Shown in pieces: positions 1 to 8,561 of a stretch of DNA of 64,000 bases. Position numbers and translations under genes: made by a program. Positions within the stretch are counted from its first letter, which is position 1; every line of letters starts with the position of its first letter. Origin of the DNA: an uncultured Spirochaetota bacterium (GTDB taxonomy: Bacteria > Spirochaetota > Spirochaetia > SZUA-6 > Fen-1364); contig CAVTHO010000004.1 in assembly GCA_963734545.1 (NCBI GenBank), positions 416,001 through 480,000 of the forward strand. Direction: 5' to 3'. The notes under the pieces are model-generated. The model made no database searches, was not told the origin of the DNA, and saw nothing but the letters and a program-made list of their open reading frames with translations.

Positions 1-1
1 C

Positions 2-187
2 GGTGCCGGTGACGCGTACGACGCCGGGTTCCTGGCGGCGCTGCTGGAAAAGCGGCCGCTGCAGGAATGCGCCCGGATGGGAAGCATCTGCGCCGGCTGC
101 ACGGTGACGGCTGCCGGCGGCTGGGCCGGAATGCCGGACCGCAAAACGGCGGAAGGGATGCTGCGGAGATCTACTCCCTACTCGTAA
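2..187 (+). CDS. PfkB/ribokinase family carbohydrate kinase, 3' end (partial at window edge)
   Basis: Manual translation of frame 2 gives GAGDAYDAGFLAALL...TPYS*, the PfkB C-terminal signature (GAGDxFxAG). Confidence 0.85.
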   Translation, partial: GAGDAYDAGFLAALLEKRPLQECARMGSICAGCTVTAAGGWAGMPDRKTAEGMLRRSTPYS

Positions 188-387
188 AAAATCGTTACCG
201 TTGTGTAGCGAGTGGCCGAGCCAAAGCTATGACCCACAGCGCATTCGCTCTGAGTAATAAAATGCAGCTTCTTCACCTCGGCAAGGAACTGGTTCAGCGC
301 GGTTTCAAGCGGCTCGCTTTCGCCGCTGTCCGGCGCTTTCTTGTCCAGAATCATGCCACCGCGAGCTTCAAACACTTTTGCTTTCAT
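178..387 (-). CDS. small hypothetical protein (69 aa), Cse60/DUF2758-like
   Basis: AAGGGAG SD before ATG; MKAKVFEA...LETALNQFL...TVTIFYE resembles the Cse60 pattern (recognised by eye). Confidence 0.55.
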   Translation of the reverse strand: MKAKVFEARGGMILDKKAPDSGESEPLETALNQFLAEVKKLHFITQSECAVGHSFGSATRYTTVTIFYE

Positions 388-433
388 AGTGTATGTCTCC
401 CTTGACCTTATGCTATCCGATTGGAGCACCAAG

Positions 434-610
434 TCAAGCCAAGCGGCTGACAGAAGTATGACCCGCACCTGGTTGAATAGTCTCGCACGGCTGCAGCGAT
501 TCCGCGAGGTCCCTCTGGATGATCGAATAGCTTGCCCCGCTGTCAAACAGAGCCATGCAGCGCCAGCGGGCCCGTGTCCCGACCAGCAGGATTTCCTTTT
601 GCAGAACACT
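434..610 (-). pseudogene. retropepsin-like (clan AA) aspartyl protease N-terminal fragment
   Basis: VLQKEILLVG...ALFDSGASYSIIQRDLAESL carries the D-S-G-A motif, then truncates; no in-frame start after the GGAGG SD. Confidence 0.55.
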
Positions 611-758
611 CGCTGTGCCCTCCTGTCTGTGTATACAGGGGACTTTCAGCCGCTGCTTCATGGAAAGAGTATCCAGACTCAAAGGCGTGACGGTCAAGGT
701 GCTGACACGCCCGGGCGCAGCCGTGCCCCCCGAGAGACTGAAGCCCCCCTGGTGGCAG

Positions 759-1721
759 CTACTTCTTCCCGCGGGTGGCCGAGCCCTCCTTCTGCTTGTA
801 CCAGTCCCTCCAGACAATCCGGTAGATCGGGATCCACCTCGGCAGGTGCTTCAGGACAGGGATGAAGGGCACGAACAGCAGCAGGAGGAAGAACAGCACC
901 ATCAGCGATCCGACGATCGCATCCGCGTTGGGATTCTCCTTGAGCGCGGGGAACTGGTACCAGATGGCGTAGGGCCAGAGCCACCAGGGGCCGGGTAGGT
1001 TTCCCACCTCGTGGGTAATTCCCCACTGGTCTCCCTCCATGTCGAGGGTGGCGGCCAGGTCCGAGTCAGGGCCCTCCTGGAAGAAGAGCATGGCTTTCGT
1101 GTTGTCCAGCGTGTACGGAAGCCTTTCGCTGCTGGTGAGTGCTCCTTCCAGCAGACCGGCCCGGGCCAGGGCGAGCATCCCGTACATCATGACCGGGACC
1201 GGCCCGTAGTCTCCGGCGGCTACCTTGACCTCGCCGTTTGCCTCTTCCGCCTTGTCCAGGCCGTCGCTGTAGGCCTTGGTCCAGGCCTTCTGCTTGTCTT
1301 CCGACGCGGCCTTCCACGCGGCGAGCGCGGCGGCAACGTCCTTGTTCAGCACCGCCACCTTCTCCAGCGGACCGATCACGAGGTCCTTCTGCGCGTCAAT
1401 GGGCTTTGTCACACCGAGGATGGTCGCCGGCGCAAAGCCGAAGACCTTCATGAGATTGTCGGTATCCTTCGTGTACGGAGGGCCGTAGGTCTGCAGGCCG
1501 CTCTCCCCCGAGAGGAAGTCCGTCGAGGCCTTGAGGAAATCCAGCGGGTGATCTTTCGCCACGTCCTCCCCGCGTACCGTGGGTGAATACGGAGAGCCGA
1601 AGATGATGGCCAGCACTATCACGATCACCGCCACCGCGCCGAGCGCCATGACCCCCTCGCGGAGGAGGTCGTAGGGCTTCATCGGGACACCGCGCATGTA
1701 TTCGTCTGATCGCTTGCTCAT
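759..1721 (-). CDS. cytochrome b6 subunit IV-like membrane protein with large soluble insertion
   Basis: N-terminal PYDLLRE + TM helix; C-terminal PGPWWLWPY (PEWY-equivalent position) + TM LLFVPFI; ATGA overlap with cytochrome b gene. Confidence 0.7.
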   Translation of the reverse strand: MSKRSDEYMRGVPMKPYDLLREGVMALGAVAVIVIVLAIIFGSPYSPTVRGEDVAKDHPLDFLKASTDFLSGESGLQTYGPPYTKDTDNLMKVFGFAPATILGVTKPIDAQKDLVIGPLEKVAVLNKDVAAALAAWKAASEDKQKAWTKAYSDGLDKAEEANGEVKVAAGDYGPVPVMMYGMLALARAGLLEGALTSSERLPYTLDNTKAMLFFQEGPDSDLAATLDMEGDQWGITHEVGNLPGPWWLWPYAIWYQFPALKENPNADAIVGSLMVLFFLLLLFVPFIPVLKHLPRWIPIYRIVWRDWYKQKEGSATRGKK

Positions 1722-2323
1722 TTCGTTTTCTCTCCCTTTGCGGGGTAGGGGTGCACCGGACCCTCATGACGGATGAACAGGATGTGGAGCACCACCAGCG
1801 CCACAACCGCCGCGGGGAAAAAGGCCACGTGCAGCGTGAGAACCTGGCTGTAGTTCGTGGTGAAGAAGAAGCCGCCGACGCCCATGGCGTTCATGGCGTC
1901 CTTGGCCTCCACCGCGTGCCACTGCGCGGACCAGTTGGCCGCCGAAAGGTAGCCGGTGAACGCGGTGAAGATGGCTGCCCCCATTGTGACCACCCCGATC
2001 ATCCACGTCTTCCACCGTCCGTCCCGGAAAGCTCCGAGGAAGTATTTGACGGCGAGGTGCATCACCATGAACAGGAAGAACAACTGCGCCGACCAGAAGT
2101 GCAGGGAATGGAAAAACCTGCCGGTGGCGTTCACGTGGTACCAGGCAGGGCCGAAAATCGACTGGATCAGCCCGGTCAGCATCAGCATGACCAGGGAGCA
2201 CAGGGTGAACACTCCGAAGAGGTAGGCCACCGAGTTGACATATACCGGCAACCGGGTGGGCAGGATGTCATCCAGGGTCATGTTGTCCTTGATGAACTCC
2301 TGCGTCTTGCCAGTCATGCTCAT
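1718..2323 (-). CDS. cytochrome b N-terminal domain protein (cytochrome b6-like, 4 TM)
   Basis: Four heme-ligand His (HFWSA...MH; LHVAFF...LH) and AFTGY motif; start moved to MSMTGK (ATGA overlap with upstream ORF). Confidence 0.9.
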   Translation of the reverse strand: MSMTGKTQEFIKDNMTLDDILPTRLPVYVNSVAYLFGVFTLCSLVMLMLTGLIQSIFGPAWYHVNATGRFFHSLHFWSAQLFFLFMVMHLAVKYFLGAFRDGRWKTWMIGVVTMGAAIFTAFTGYLSAANWSAQWHAVEAKDAMNAMGVGGFFFTTNYSQVLTLHVAFFPAAVVALVVLHILFIRHEGPVHPYPAKGEKTK

Positions 2324-2511
2324 TTCCTGCCCCCTTTCTTCTCGCCGCGCTCGCGGCCGCGCTCGATCCACGCCGGCAGGCGCGCCCACGCGGCGCCGAA
2401 AAACGTGGCGATCAGTATCGCCCCCATGATGATGTTGGGGATTGACCAGTCGAATATGAGAAACCGGATGTGATGCACAACCGGAAGGACCTCGGGACCC
2501 GCAGCTTCCAT
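2320..2511 (-). CDS. small membrane protein (63 aa), first gene of the cytochrome b operon
   Basis: AGGAGG SD; single hydrophobic helix; 4-nt overlap with cytochrome b. Confidence 0.75.
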   Translation of the reverse strand: MEAAGPEVLPVVHHIRFLIFDWSIPNIIMGAILIATFFGAAWARLPAWIERGRERGEKKGGRK

Positions 2512-2643
2512 CGATCACCTCCTGATGAGACGAGACAGGTTGAATTCATCAAACATACTGACGGCGGAGGCGCGAACAAACAGAATTCGGAATTTTCCTG
2601 TCCCGCGCTGCGGGAGGCCGCGGGACTCGAGTTGCACGCTCCG

Positions 2644-2850
2644 TTACTCCCTCTGCACAACGGTGAAGCGGCACGAGCCGGACCGGCCATGCTCGTCTGT
2701 GACCCGAAGCACGTATGACCCGGGCTGCGCCTTCCAGAAGAATGCTTTCCCGGCAGCGCTCTGCCCCACGAAGGACTCACCCAGGAACCAGAACAGGGTC
2801 GTGGTATCGGACGGCACCACGGCAATGAACGGGATCTCTCCGCGATGAAA
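2644..2850 (-). pseudogene. 3' remnant of a penicillin-binding protein 1C-like gene (C-terminal domain)
   Basis: Manual translation EIPFIAVVPSDTTTLFWFLGESFVGQSAAGKAFFWKAQPGSYVLRVTDEHGRS...* resembles the PbpC C-terminal domain; in-frame stop upstream, no start. Confidence 0.6.
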
Positions 2851-2944
2851 TCAGGGCACACACTGCACCCGGTGCGATTGGCGCGCGCACGGACATCAGG
2901 GTTGTTTTTAGGGGATCCCAGTCAGGGCCCGGCGCAACAAGGGC

Positions 2945-4378
2945 TCAAAGCGGGAATCTGCATTGCACGAACAGGTCGGAACCTCCGGCACTGGCCTTGT
3001 AGCGATCGAGCTCCGCCCCCTGGAGTGTTTTTCCCGCGGCCGCCAGCGATGCTTCTATCGGCTCGTCCTGCCGAATGACACGGCCGCGGCATTTCTCCTG
3101 GAGACGCTGCAGGAGAGGGGGGAACGGCATGTTCCATCTCTTTGCCCTGGCCGTCTGCTCGTTCACGGGAATCATGGCAACGAGGTCTGGACTCTTCATC
3201 AGCTCGAGGCCTTCCAGGCGAAGGGTGGCATTGTGGCTGGCATGGTGCCCGACCTTGTAGAACACGGTGCGCTGCAGCAGGTCCGCGGAGCTGACCACGG
3301 CAGTCTTCCCTTCGGCGTCCTTGACCGGGAAAGAAAGGTCCTGCCACGATGCCCAGTTTCCAATCTGTGCGTCTCCCGCGAAGAGCAGCACTTCCCCGGT
3401 GGCAACAAGCTCGAAGGCCAGCACGAGGCTCGTATTGTTCGTCCAACTGTCCAGGTCCAGCGCAAGCTGGCCGGCCGATGTGAGCCAATCATCATCGATG
3501 CGCCGCCAGGGGTCCACGGGATCCTGTCCAAATCCGTAGTACTTCCTGAAGAAATCATCCGAACGACTTTGCGCCTGCGCCGTGGGAATCATGTAGTATT
3601 CATCAAATGGGGCTGCCTGGCGCCGCCATTCGTCCACCGCACCATCAGCTCCCTGCGGCCCGAGGGCGGCAAGGAGCGCGCGGGCAGCATTCATCCGAAG
3701 CTCGTACGCCTCGCCCTTTCTGGGGAGCAATCGCCTCACGTATGCGGCATCCGCGGGCGGGCCCAGCACATAGACGCGAACGCCGTCCACTCCGGGCACC
3801 TTGAACGGCTCCTGCCCGGGCGTGAGGTAGCGGATCGGGCCGTGGGGCCCTGTGGTGAGCTGCTTCAGGGCGTCCTGGGTCGTCACGCCTCCAGCGGAAA
3901 GGACATCCCCGAAGAAGGAGGCCACGTGCACGACAGACTGGTACAGGAGCGGCTGGAGACCGGCCGCTCCCCACCTGCGCACCGCCTGGATCAAGGCGTT
4001 GAGCTGGAGCCCGAACTCATCCTTCAGCTCTTTGGCACGCGGGTTCTCCGGCTGCTCGGTCCATGCAAGCCAGATCTCTCCCATGGTGATCTTCTGGAAA
4101 ATCTCGCTGGCCTGGGAGAATCCTGAAAGATGGTCCCAGTGCTCGTGGGTGGCAACCACGACATCCAGCCGCCCCTTGGCGGTTTGTCGGACGTCCTCCA
4201 CGACCCGCTTCATCATGACAGCAGCGTCTTTGGCGCCCTGGATGACGCCGCAGTCGATCAGCATGTTCACGGGACCCGCGGAGCCGGAGAAGGTGACGAG
4301 GAAACAATCGCCAAGTCCCTGGCGATACATCCGGACCGTGACGTCGGGATGCGGCCGATCCATTGCTTTAGCCGGCAT
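2945..4378 (-). CDS. MBL-fold metallo-hydrolase, ComEC/Rec2-like
   Basis: GLGDCFL, IDCG, THEHWDH, NNTSLV, GDA, KVGHHASHN motifs; start overlaps upstream peptidase stop. Confidence 0.9.
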   Translation of the reverse strand: MPAKAMDRPHPDVTVRMYRQGLGDCFLVTFSGSAGPVNMLIDCGVIQGAKDAAVMMKRVVEDVRQTAKGRLDVVVATHEHWDHLSGFSQASEIFQKITMGEIWLAWTEQPENPRAKELKDEFGLQLNALIQAVRRWGAAGLQPLLYQSVVHVASFFGDVLSAGGVTTQDALKQLTTGPHGPIRYLTPGQEPFKVPGVDGVRVYVLGPPADAAYVRRLLPRKGEAYELRMNAARALLAALGPQGADGAVDEWRRQAAPFDEYYMIPTAQAQSRSDDFFRKYYGFGQDPVDPWRRIDDDWLTSAGQLALDLDSWTNNTSLVLAFELVATGEVLLFAGDAQIGNWASWQDLSFPVKDAEGKTAVVSSADLLQRTVFYKVGHHASHNATLRLEGLELMKSPDLVAMIPVNEQTARAKRWNMPFPPLLQRLQEKCRGRVIRQDEPIEASLAAAGKTLQGAELDRYKASAGGSDLFVQCRFPL

Positions 4379-6377
4379 ATTCTTCCCCTGCCTGGCGGTG
4401 GAGGAGCGCGAAGGACTCTTCATCTTTTTGTTCTTCATCCAGCGCAACTCCTGAAAAATAGGTCGCTTTCAGCGACATGCTTCCGCCTTCGCGCCGATAC
4501 CGGCGCTGTTCTTCAAGGCGCTTTTCATCACCAATCAGCTTGCGGATGCAGTACCTGAGGCTCAAAGTATCGAGGTCGAAGATGAGCGTGCATCCGCCGC
4601 GGAACGCAAACCTGGCTGCGTCAGGGGACTGATCGCCGGCCTCGAGCGGGACCATCCGTTTCTGTGTGATCGAAATGACGGCCTGGTTGAGGGTATCTCC
4701 GTCAGGCCCGATCCGCTGCGCGGGCCGAACAGAGTGGATTTCGAAGGCAGGCCGGCCGTCGCGCCCCAGGGTCATGCCCGGGGGAGCACTGCTGGAGTGC
4801 AGGGCCAGCCCGGTCACCTTGGCAAAAGGCCCTCTTTCCACATCGTCGGAGATTACCGTGTGGATGTCTCTTTGCGCCTCCCGAAGGTTGTTGAAGAGGT
4901 CCAGACGCGTGGGAGAGAAGTCAGCGGTCTTTCTCAGCAGATCCCGGAGCTTTTCAGCGATGGATCCGATGTCCTCCTGGAGAATCCCGTCCGAATGAGA
5001 TTCCTCATCCACCAGCTCCCGTACGAGGGGCCAGCGCAGGCTGTCCACGGAAAGAGTGCGCACGTCCGCGGGATATATCCCGCGGCGCCTGAACGCCTCT
5101 ATGACTGCAACGCGATATCGGAGATCGTCCTCCAGGACCAGGTCGGAGTCCGCGGTGATGAGCGCGCGCAGGTAGTCTCCGAAGGTTATGTCCACGGGTG
5201 GACAGTAGTCGAGAGCCCTGATGCACATGTTCAGGACGTGCTGGGCGGATTTCGATGCCTCTGAGGCAAGGCGATTGCAGAGGTCCGGATGGAGGGCTCC
5301 CGCCTCCAGCACTCCTGTTCCCCGGCTGGCAATGCGGAACAGGTCAGCCACGCGGGAGCGGTAGATGGACTGGAAGGCCTCGAAGATGGCGGCAACCAGT
5401 ATGGCGCCCCGGGCATGCGGCTCCACCATGGTCTGGTAATCCGCGGGTTGAGCGTCCTGACCGATGTACGAGCGCAGCGCCCCATAGTTGCCGATGGCCT
5501 GCCCGAACTGCTGGGCAAGCTGGCCCAGCAGGTTCTCACTGGACAGGTCTCCCCTTGTCTTTGCAATCTGGTTCCGCAGCACCTCGGGGAACGTGAAGTG
5601 CTGGAACAGGGCCACGATATCCGCAAACGCCTCGTGGAAGGCCAGTGCATCCGGGTGGGTGGGCTCGACGAACCTTCGGTGCAGGCCGTCCAGCAGGGCG
5701 TGTGTGGTCTCATGCGCCACGATGTCGTGGGACAGGCAGGAGAATACCATTCCACCGGGAAGGATCGCGCCGTTCTCACGGGGAGCGGCGGGGAAGTAGC
5801 CGAACAACAACGCCTTCTTGGAAGGGCTGTAGTACGCGTTGGCATCACGCAATGCGTGAGGATAGATCCGCAATTGCTGGACGTATCCTCCGTCTGGGAG
5901 CTCCGCCTCTCCCGCCTTCCAGCGGCGAGGCGCCCACAGCGCGGGCCGCCCGAGCGCCCGTTCGAAATTTCGGATCGTAGTCATGGCCACGGCATAGACC
6001 ATCTGTTGATGGAACTGCGGGTTGCCCTCCGAGGGAGCCAGGCCGTCCTGCGCCAGGATCTCGGGGCTGTCGAGGTCCACAGGTTCGTAAAAGCAGCCGC
6101 TGGCGGGATCCACATCTATCACCGCGACATACTCGCCCACAGGGCCCCTCTCGAGCCGCTGCGGAAGCTTCTCCTGGGCCGCAGCAGGGAGACCACGCGG
6201 CATGATCGGTTCCCAGGGGACCTTGAACACGACCTCATTGACGAGCGCCGTCTCCATCTGCTGTGAAAGGCTGGGATCAAGTGCGTAGCCTCGCAGGCGC
6301 CGGAACGCGGGCCGGGGACCCGGGCTCCTGCGCGTTCTGCCATCCCAGGGCGGGATCGACTGGTTTCTGGACATCAT
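4368..6377 (-). CDS. gluzincin (M4/M36-like) zinc metallopeptidase, no signal peptide
   Basis: NAYY, HETTH (HExxH) and downstream HEAFAD (ExxxD third ligand). Confidence 0.85.
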   Translation of the reverse strand: MMSRNQSIPPWDGRTRRSPGPRPAFRRLRGYALDPSLSQQMETALVNEVVFKVPWEPIMPRGLPAAAQEKLPQRLERGPVGEYVAVIDVDPASGCFYEPVDLDSPEILAQDGLAPSEGNPQFHQQMVYAVAMTTIRNFERALGRPALWAPRRWKAGEAELPDGGYVQQLRIYPHALRDANAYYSPSKKALLFGYFPAAPRENGAILPGGMVFSCLSHDIVAHETTHALLDGLHRRFVEPTHPDALAFHEAFADIVALFQHFTFPEVLRNQIAKTRGDLSSENLLGQLAQQFGQAIGNYGALRSYIGQDAQPADYQTMVEPHARGAILVAAIFEAFQSIYRSRVADLFRIASRGTGVLEAGALHPDLCNRLASEASKSAQHVLNMCIRALDYCPPVDITFGDYLRALITADSDLVLEDDLRYRVAVIEAFRRRGIYPADVRTLSVDSLRWPLVRELVDEESHSDGILQEDIGSIAEKLRDLLRKTADFSPTRLDLFNNLREAQRDIHTVISDDVERGPFAKVTGLALHSSSAPPGMTLGRDGRPAFEIHSVRPAQRIGPDGDTLNQAVISITQKRMVPLEAGDQSPDAARFAFRGGCTLIFDLDTLSLRYCIRKLIGDEKRLEEQRRYRREGGSMSLKATYFSGVALDEEQKDEESFALLHRQAGEEYAG

Positions 6378-6449
6378 ACTTCTTTACTCACTCCATTCTG
6401 AATGACATCAGCATGAACCCGAAACATTGGGCCGTCAAGTGGTGAGCTC

Positions 6450-6483
6450 TTCGCAGATGCTCCAGAGCCGTTCTTCGGTCTCG
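6450..6483. repeat. 34-bp direct repeat copy 1 (duplicated 3' end of SDR gene; att-like)
   Basis: TTCGCAGATGCTCCAGAGCCGTTCTTCGGTCTCG identical to 8577-8610. Confidence 0.95.
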
Positions 6484-6495
6484 GATTTGCCCCAG

Positions 6496-6912
6496 CTACG
6501 CCGGCGATGCCCGGACGTGACCCTCGGCAGCATACTGGAGGATAGGATCGTCCCGTGTCAGCAGCACGGCCCCCAGCTCTCGGGCCGTTGCCACGATGAG
6601 CCGATCAGCCGGGTCTCCGCGAAAGACCCCGGGAAGACGGGAACTGCGGACGCAGATTGAGGGTGTGAGCGGCATCAAGGACAGCCCCGGCAGGCCGAAG
6701 GCTTGCTCGATCCACTCCTCGCAGGGGATGTCGAAGCGGAGCCGACCCCTGGCCTCCAGCATGCCGACCTCCCAGGCTGAGATGACGCTGACGCGCAGGA
6801 AAGACTCCTCCCCCGCGCGCTCCATGAGCTCCACCGCCTCAGGTCGGACGCCTGAGCGGCCTTCCATCAGCCACACCCATACATGAGTGTCCAGGAGGAC
6901 TGGCCTATCCAC
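6496..6912 (-). CDS. vapC: VapC family PIN-domain toxin
   Basis: LLDTH, SAWE, DPADRLIVATA, LLTRD PIN motifs; overlaps antitoxin stop. Confidence 0.92.
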   Translation of the reverse strand: MDRPVLLDTHVWVWLMEGRSGVRPEAVELMERAGEESFLRVSVISAWEVGMLEARGRLRFDIPCEEWIEQAFGLPGLSLMPLTPSICVRSSRLPGVFRGDPADRLIVATARELGAVLLTRDDPILQYAAEGHVRASPA

Positions 6913-7162
6913 GTTCTGCCTCCCAGGCTTCCCCCGTTGGGCTCACTATGTCGCCTTCCTCAACCACATGCCCGGCGAAACAGCCGAACAGCCTCCGCGG
7001 TTTCTCCACGTCCAATGGGACGAGCCGGGCAACGGCCTTGCCCCGTTTCGTGATGGTGATCACCTGGTGTGTCCGGTTCACCTGGTCGATCAGGGAAAGG
7101 CACCGGGCTTTGAACTGCCCTGCCGGAACCGTCATCTCGTCCTTGTTTGTGACCATGGACAT
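6905..7162 (-). CDS. Phd/YefM family antitoxin
   Basis: AGQFKARCLSLIDQV...ITITKRGKAVARLVP; start set at the ATG 6 nt after the -10 box. Confidence 0.9.
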   Translation of the reverse strand: MSMVTNKDEMTVPAGQFKARCLSLIDQVNRTHQVITITKRGKAVARLVPLDVEKPRRLFGCFAGHVVEEGDIVSPTGEAWEAERG

Positions 7163-7197
7163 ATGACCATGGTAATATATATTGCACGCTTCGTCAA
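7163..7197 (-). promoter_or_regulatory. sigma70-type promoter, leaderless, with repeated CCATGGTCA operator boxes around the start
   Basis: TTGACG-17 bp-TACCAT-6 nt-ATG. Confidence 0.7.
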
Positions 7198-7236
7198 GCT
7201 TCGCTATGACACGGTCTATCGCTCCTCCCTGCGGCG

Positions 7237-8436
7237 CTACTCCTGGAGGATGCTCCGCAGATCGCGAAGCCCTCCCGCGGACACTTGCTCCGCCATCAGA
7301 TATGAAGCGGAGGGTGTCCCGATGACCCAGGACGAACCTGCCTGCCAGTGAGAGCGGCTTGAGGCAATGTCGTCGCGCACGGCAACCAGGTGCCGGGCGT
7401 CGCTGATGGTGAGTTGCTCCCGCCATTTGCACTCAATAAGGGAGAGTCGGCCGCCTGCCTCGACGACGAAATCGATCTCACGCGCGCGCTGGTCCCTGTA
7501 ATACCAGAAGTTCACCTGGCGCTGACCTTGCTGCGTCAGCTTTCTCATCTCCGAAAATACAAAGGTCTCCCAGACCGCGCCGACGTAAGGTGAGGCTCCA
7601 AGCGTTGAGTCGTCGAGGTTGAGGAGGAAACACAGAAGCCCGGTGTCCCGGAAATACACCTTGGGGGTTTTGACGATTCGCTTGCCAAAGCTTTCAAACC
7701 ACGGTTCGAGAAGGATGATCTGGCCCGATGCCTGGAGCACGCTCAGCCAGTCCCCGACGGCCTTGACTGAAATGCCCACGTCGCGGGCCACGTCGCTCTT
7801 GTTGAGCATGTTCGCCGATCGCGCTGCGAGCACCCGGATGAACCGCTCAAAGTCGCGCAAGCTGGTCACATTCAGGATCTGCCGGACGTCACGCTCGAGG
7901 TAGGTTGCAAGGTAGGAGGAATAGAAGTCACGGCGAGGGAAATCCGGCACCCGCCAGAGCTCGGGAAACAAGCCGCGGACCATGAGCGATATGAGGGCAC
8001 TCAACGTCTCTGGCAGGGGTCGAACCGCGCCTATCTCATCCCGCGAGAGGTTCTCGAGCTCGATGATGGCGCATCTGCCCGCTAGACTTTCCGAGACGCC
8101 CTTCATCAGAACGAACTGCTGACTGCCCGTAAGGATGAACCGGCCCATGGCGTGGCGCTCACGGTCAATCTCCGCCTTAAGCTGCCGGAAAAGGCCGGGC
8201 GCATACTGTATCTCGTCGATGACAACCGGTTGAGAATGCTCCCGCATGAACGCTGGGGAGCTCCGCTCTGCCTGTTCGGCGATGCTTGGCAGGTCGAGCG
8301 ATACGTAGTGGTGCCGGGGGAATGTCTTTTGAACAAGGAAGGTCTTTCCGGACTGTCGCGCGCCCGATACAACGACGGCGGGAAAAAAGCGAGCCAACTC
8401 GATCAACTTTGCAGCTATCGCCCGCGGATACTCCAT
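7237..8436 (-). CDS. AAA_14 family ATPase with DUF4143 (PD-(D/E)xK-like) C-terminus
   Basis: GARQSGKT Walker A, IDEIQ Walker B, TGS, KTPKVYFRDTG, EIDF...IECK. Confidence 0.92.
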   Translation of the reverse strand: MEYPRAIAAKLIELARFFPAVVVSGARQSGKTFLVQKTFPRHHYVSLDLPSIAEQAERSSPAFMREHSQPVVIDEIQYAPGLFRQLKAEIDRERHAMGRFILTGSQQFVLMKGVSESLAGRCAIIELENLSRDEIGAVRPLPETLSALISLMVRGLFPELWRVPDFPRRDFYSSYLATYLERDVRQILNVTSLRDFERFIRVLAARSANMLNKSDVARDVGISVKAVGDWLSVLQASGQIILLEPWFESFGKRIVKTPKVYFRDTGLLCFLLNLDDSTLGASPYVGAVWETFVFSEMRKLTQQGQRQVNFWYYRDQRAREIDFVVEAGGRLSLIECKWREQLTISDARHLVAVRDDIASSRSHWQAGSSWVIGTPSASYLMAEQVSAGGLRDLRSILQE

Positions 8437-8471
8437 GCGACAATTTTAACCTACCAAGTTAATATTGTCAA
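8437..8471 (-). promoter_or_regulatory. sigma70-type promoter, leaderless
   Basis: TTGACA-17 bp-TAAAAT-6 nt-ATG, no SD. Confidence 0.8.
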
Positions 8472-8561
8472 CAACAGGCGCGGCAACTCCCGCGACGCGA
8501 CAGGCGATAGTCCTGGCCTGTACGGCAGGGGCGGGGGCCGCGGAGCCGTTCTATCCTCCGC

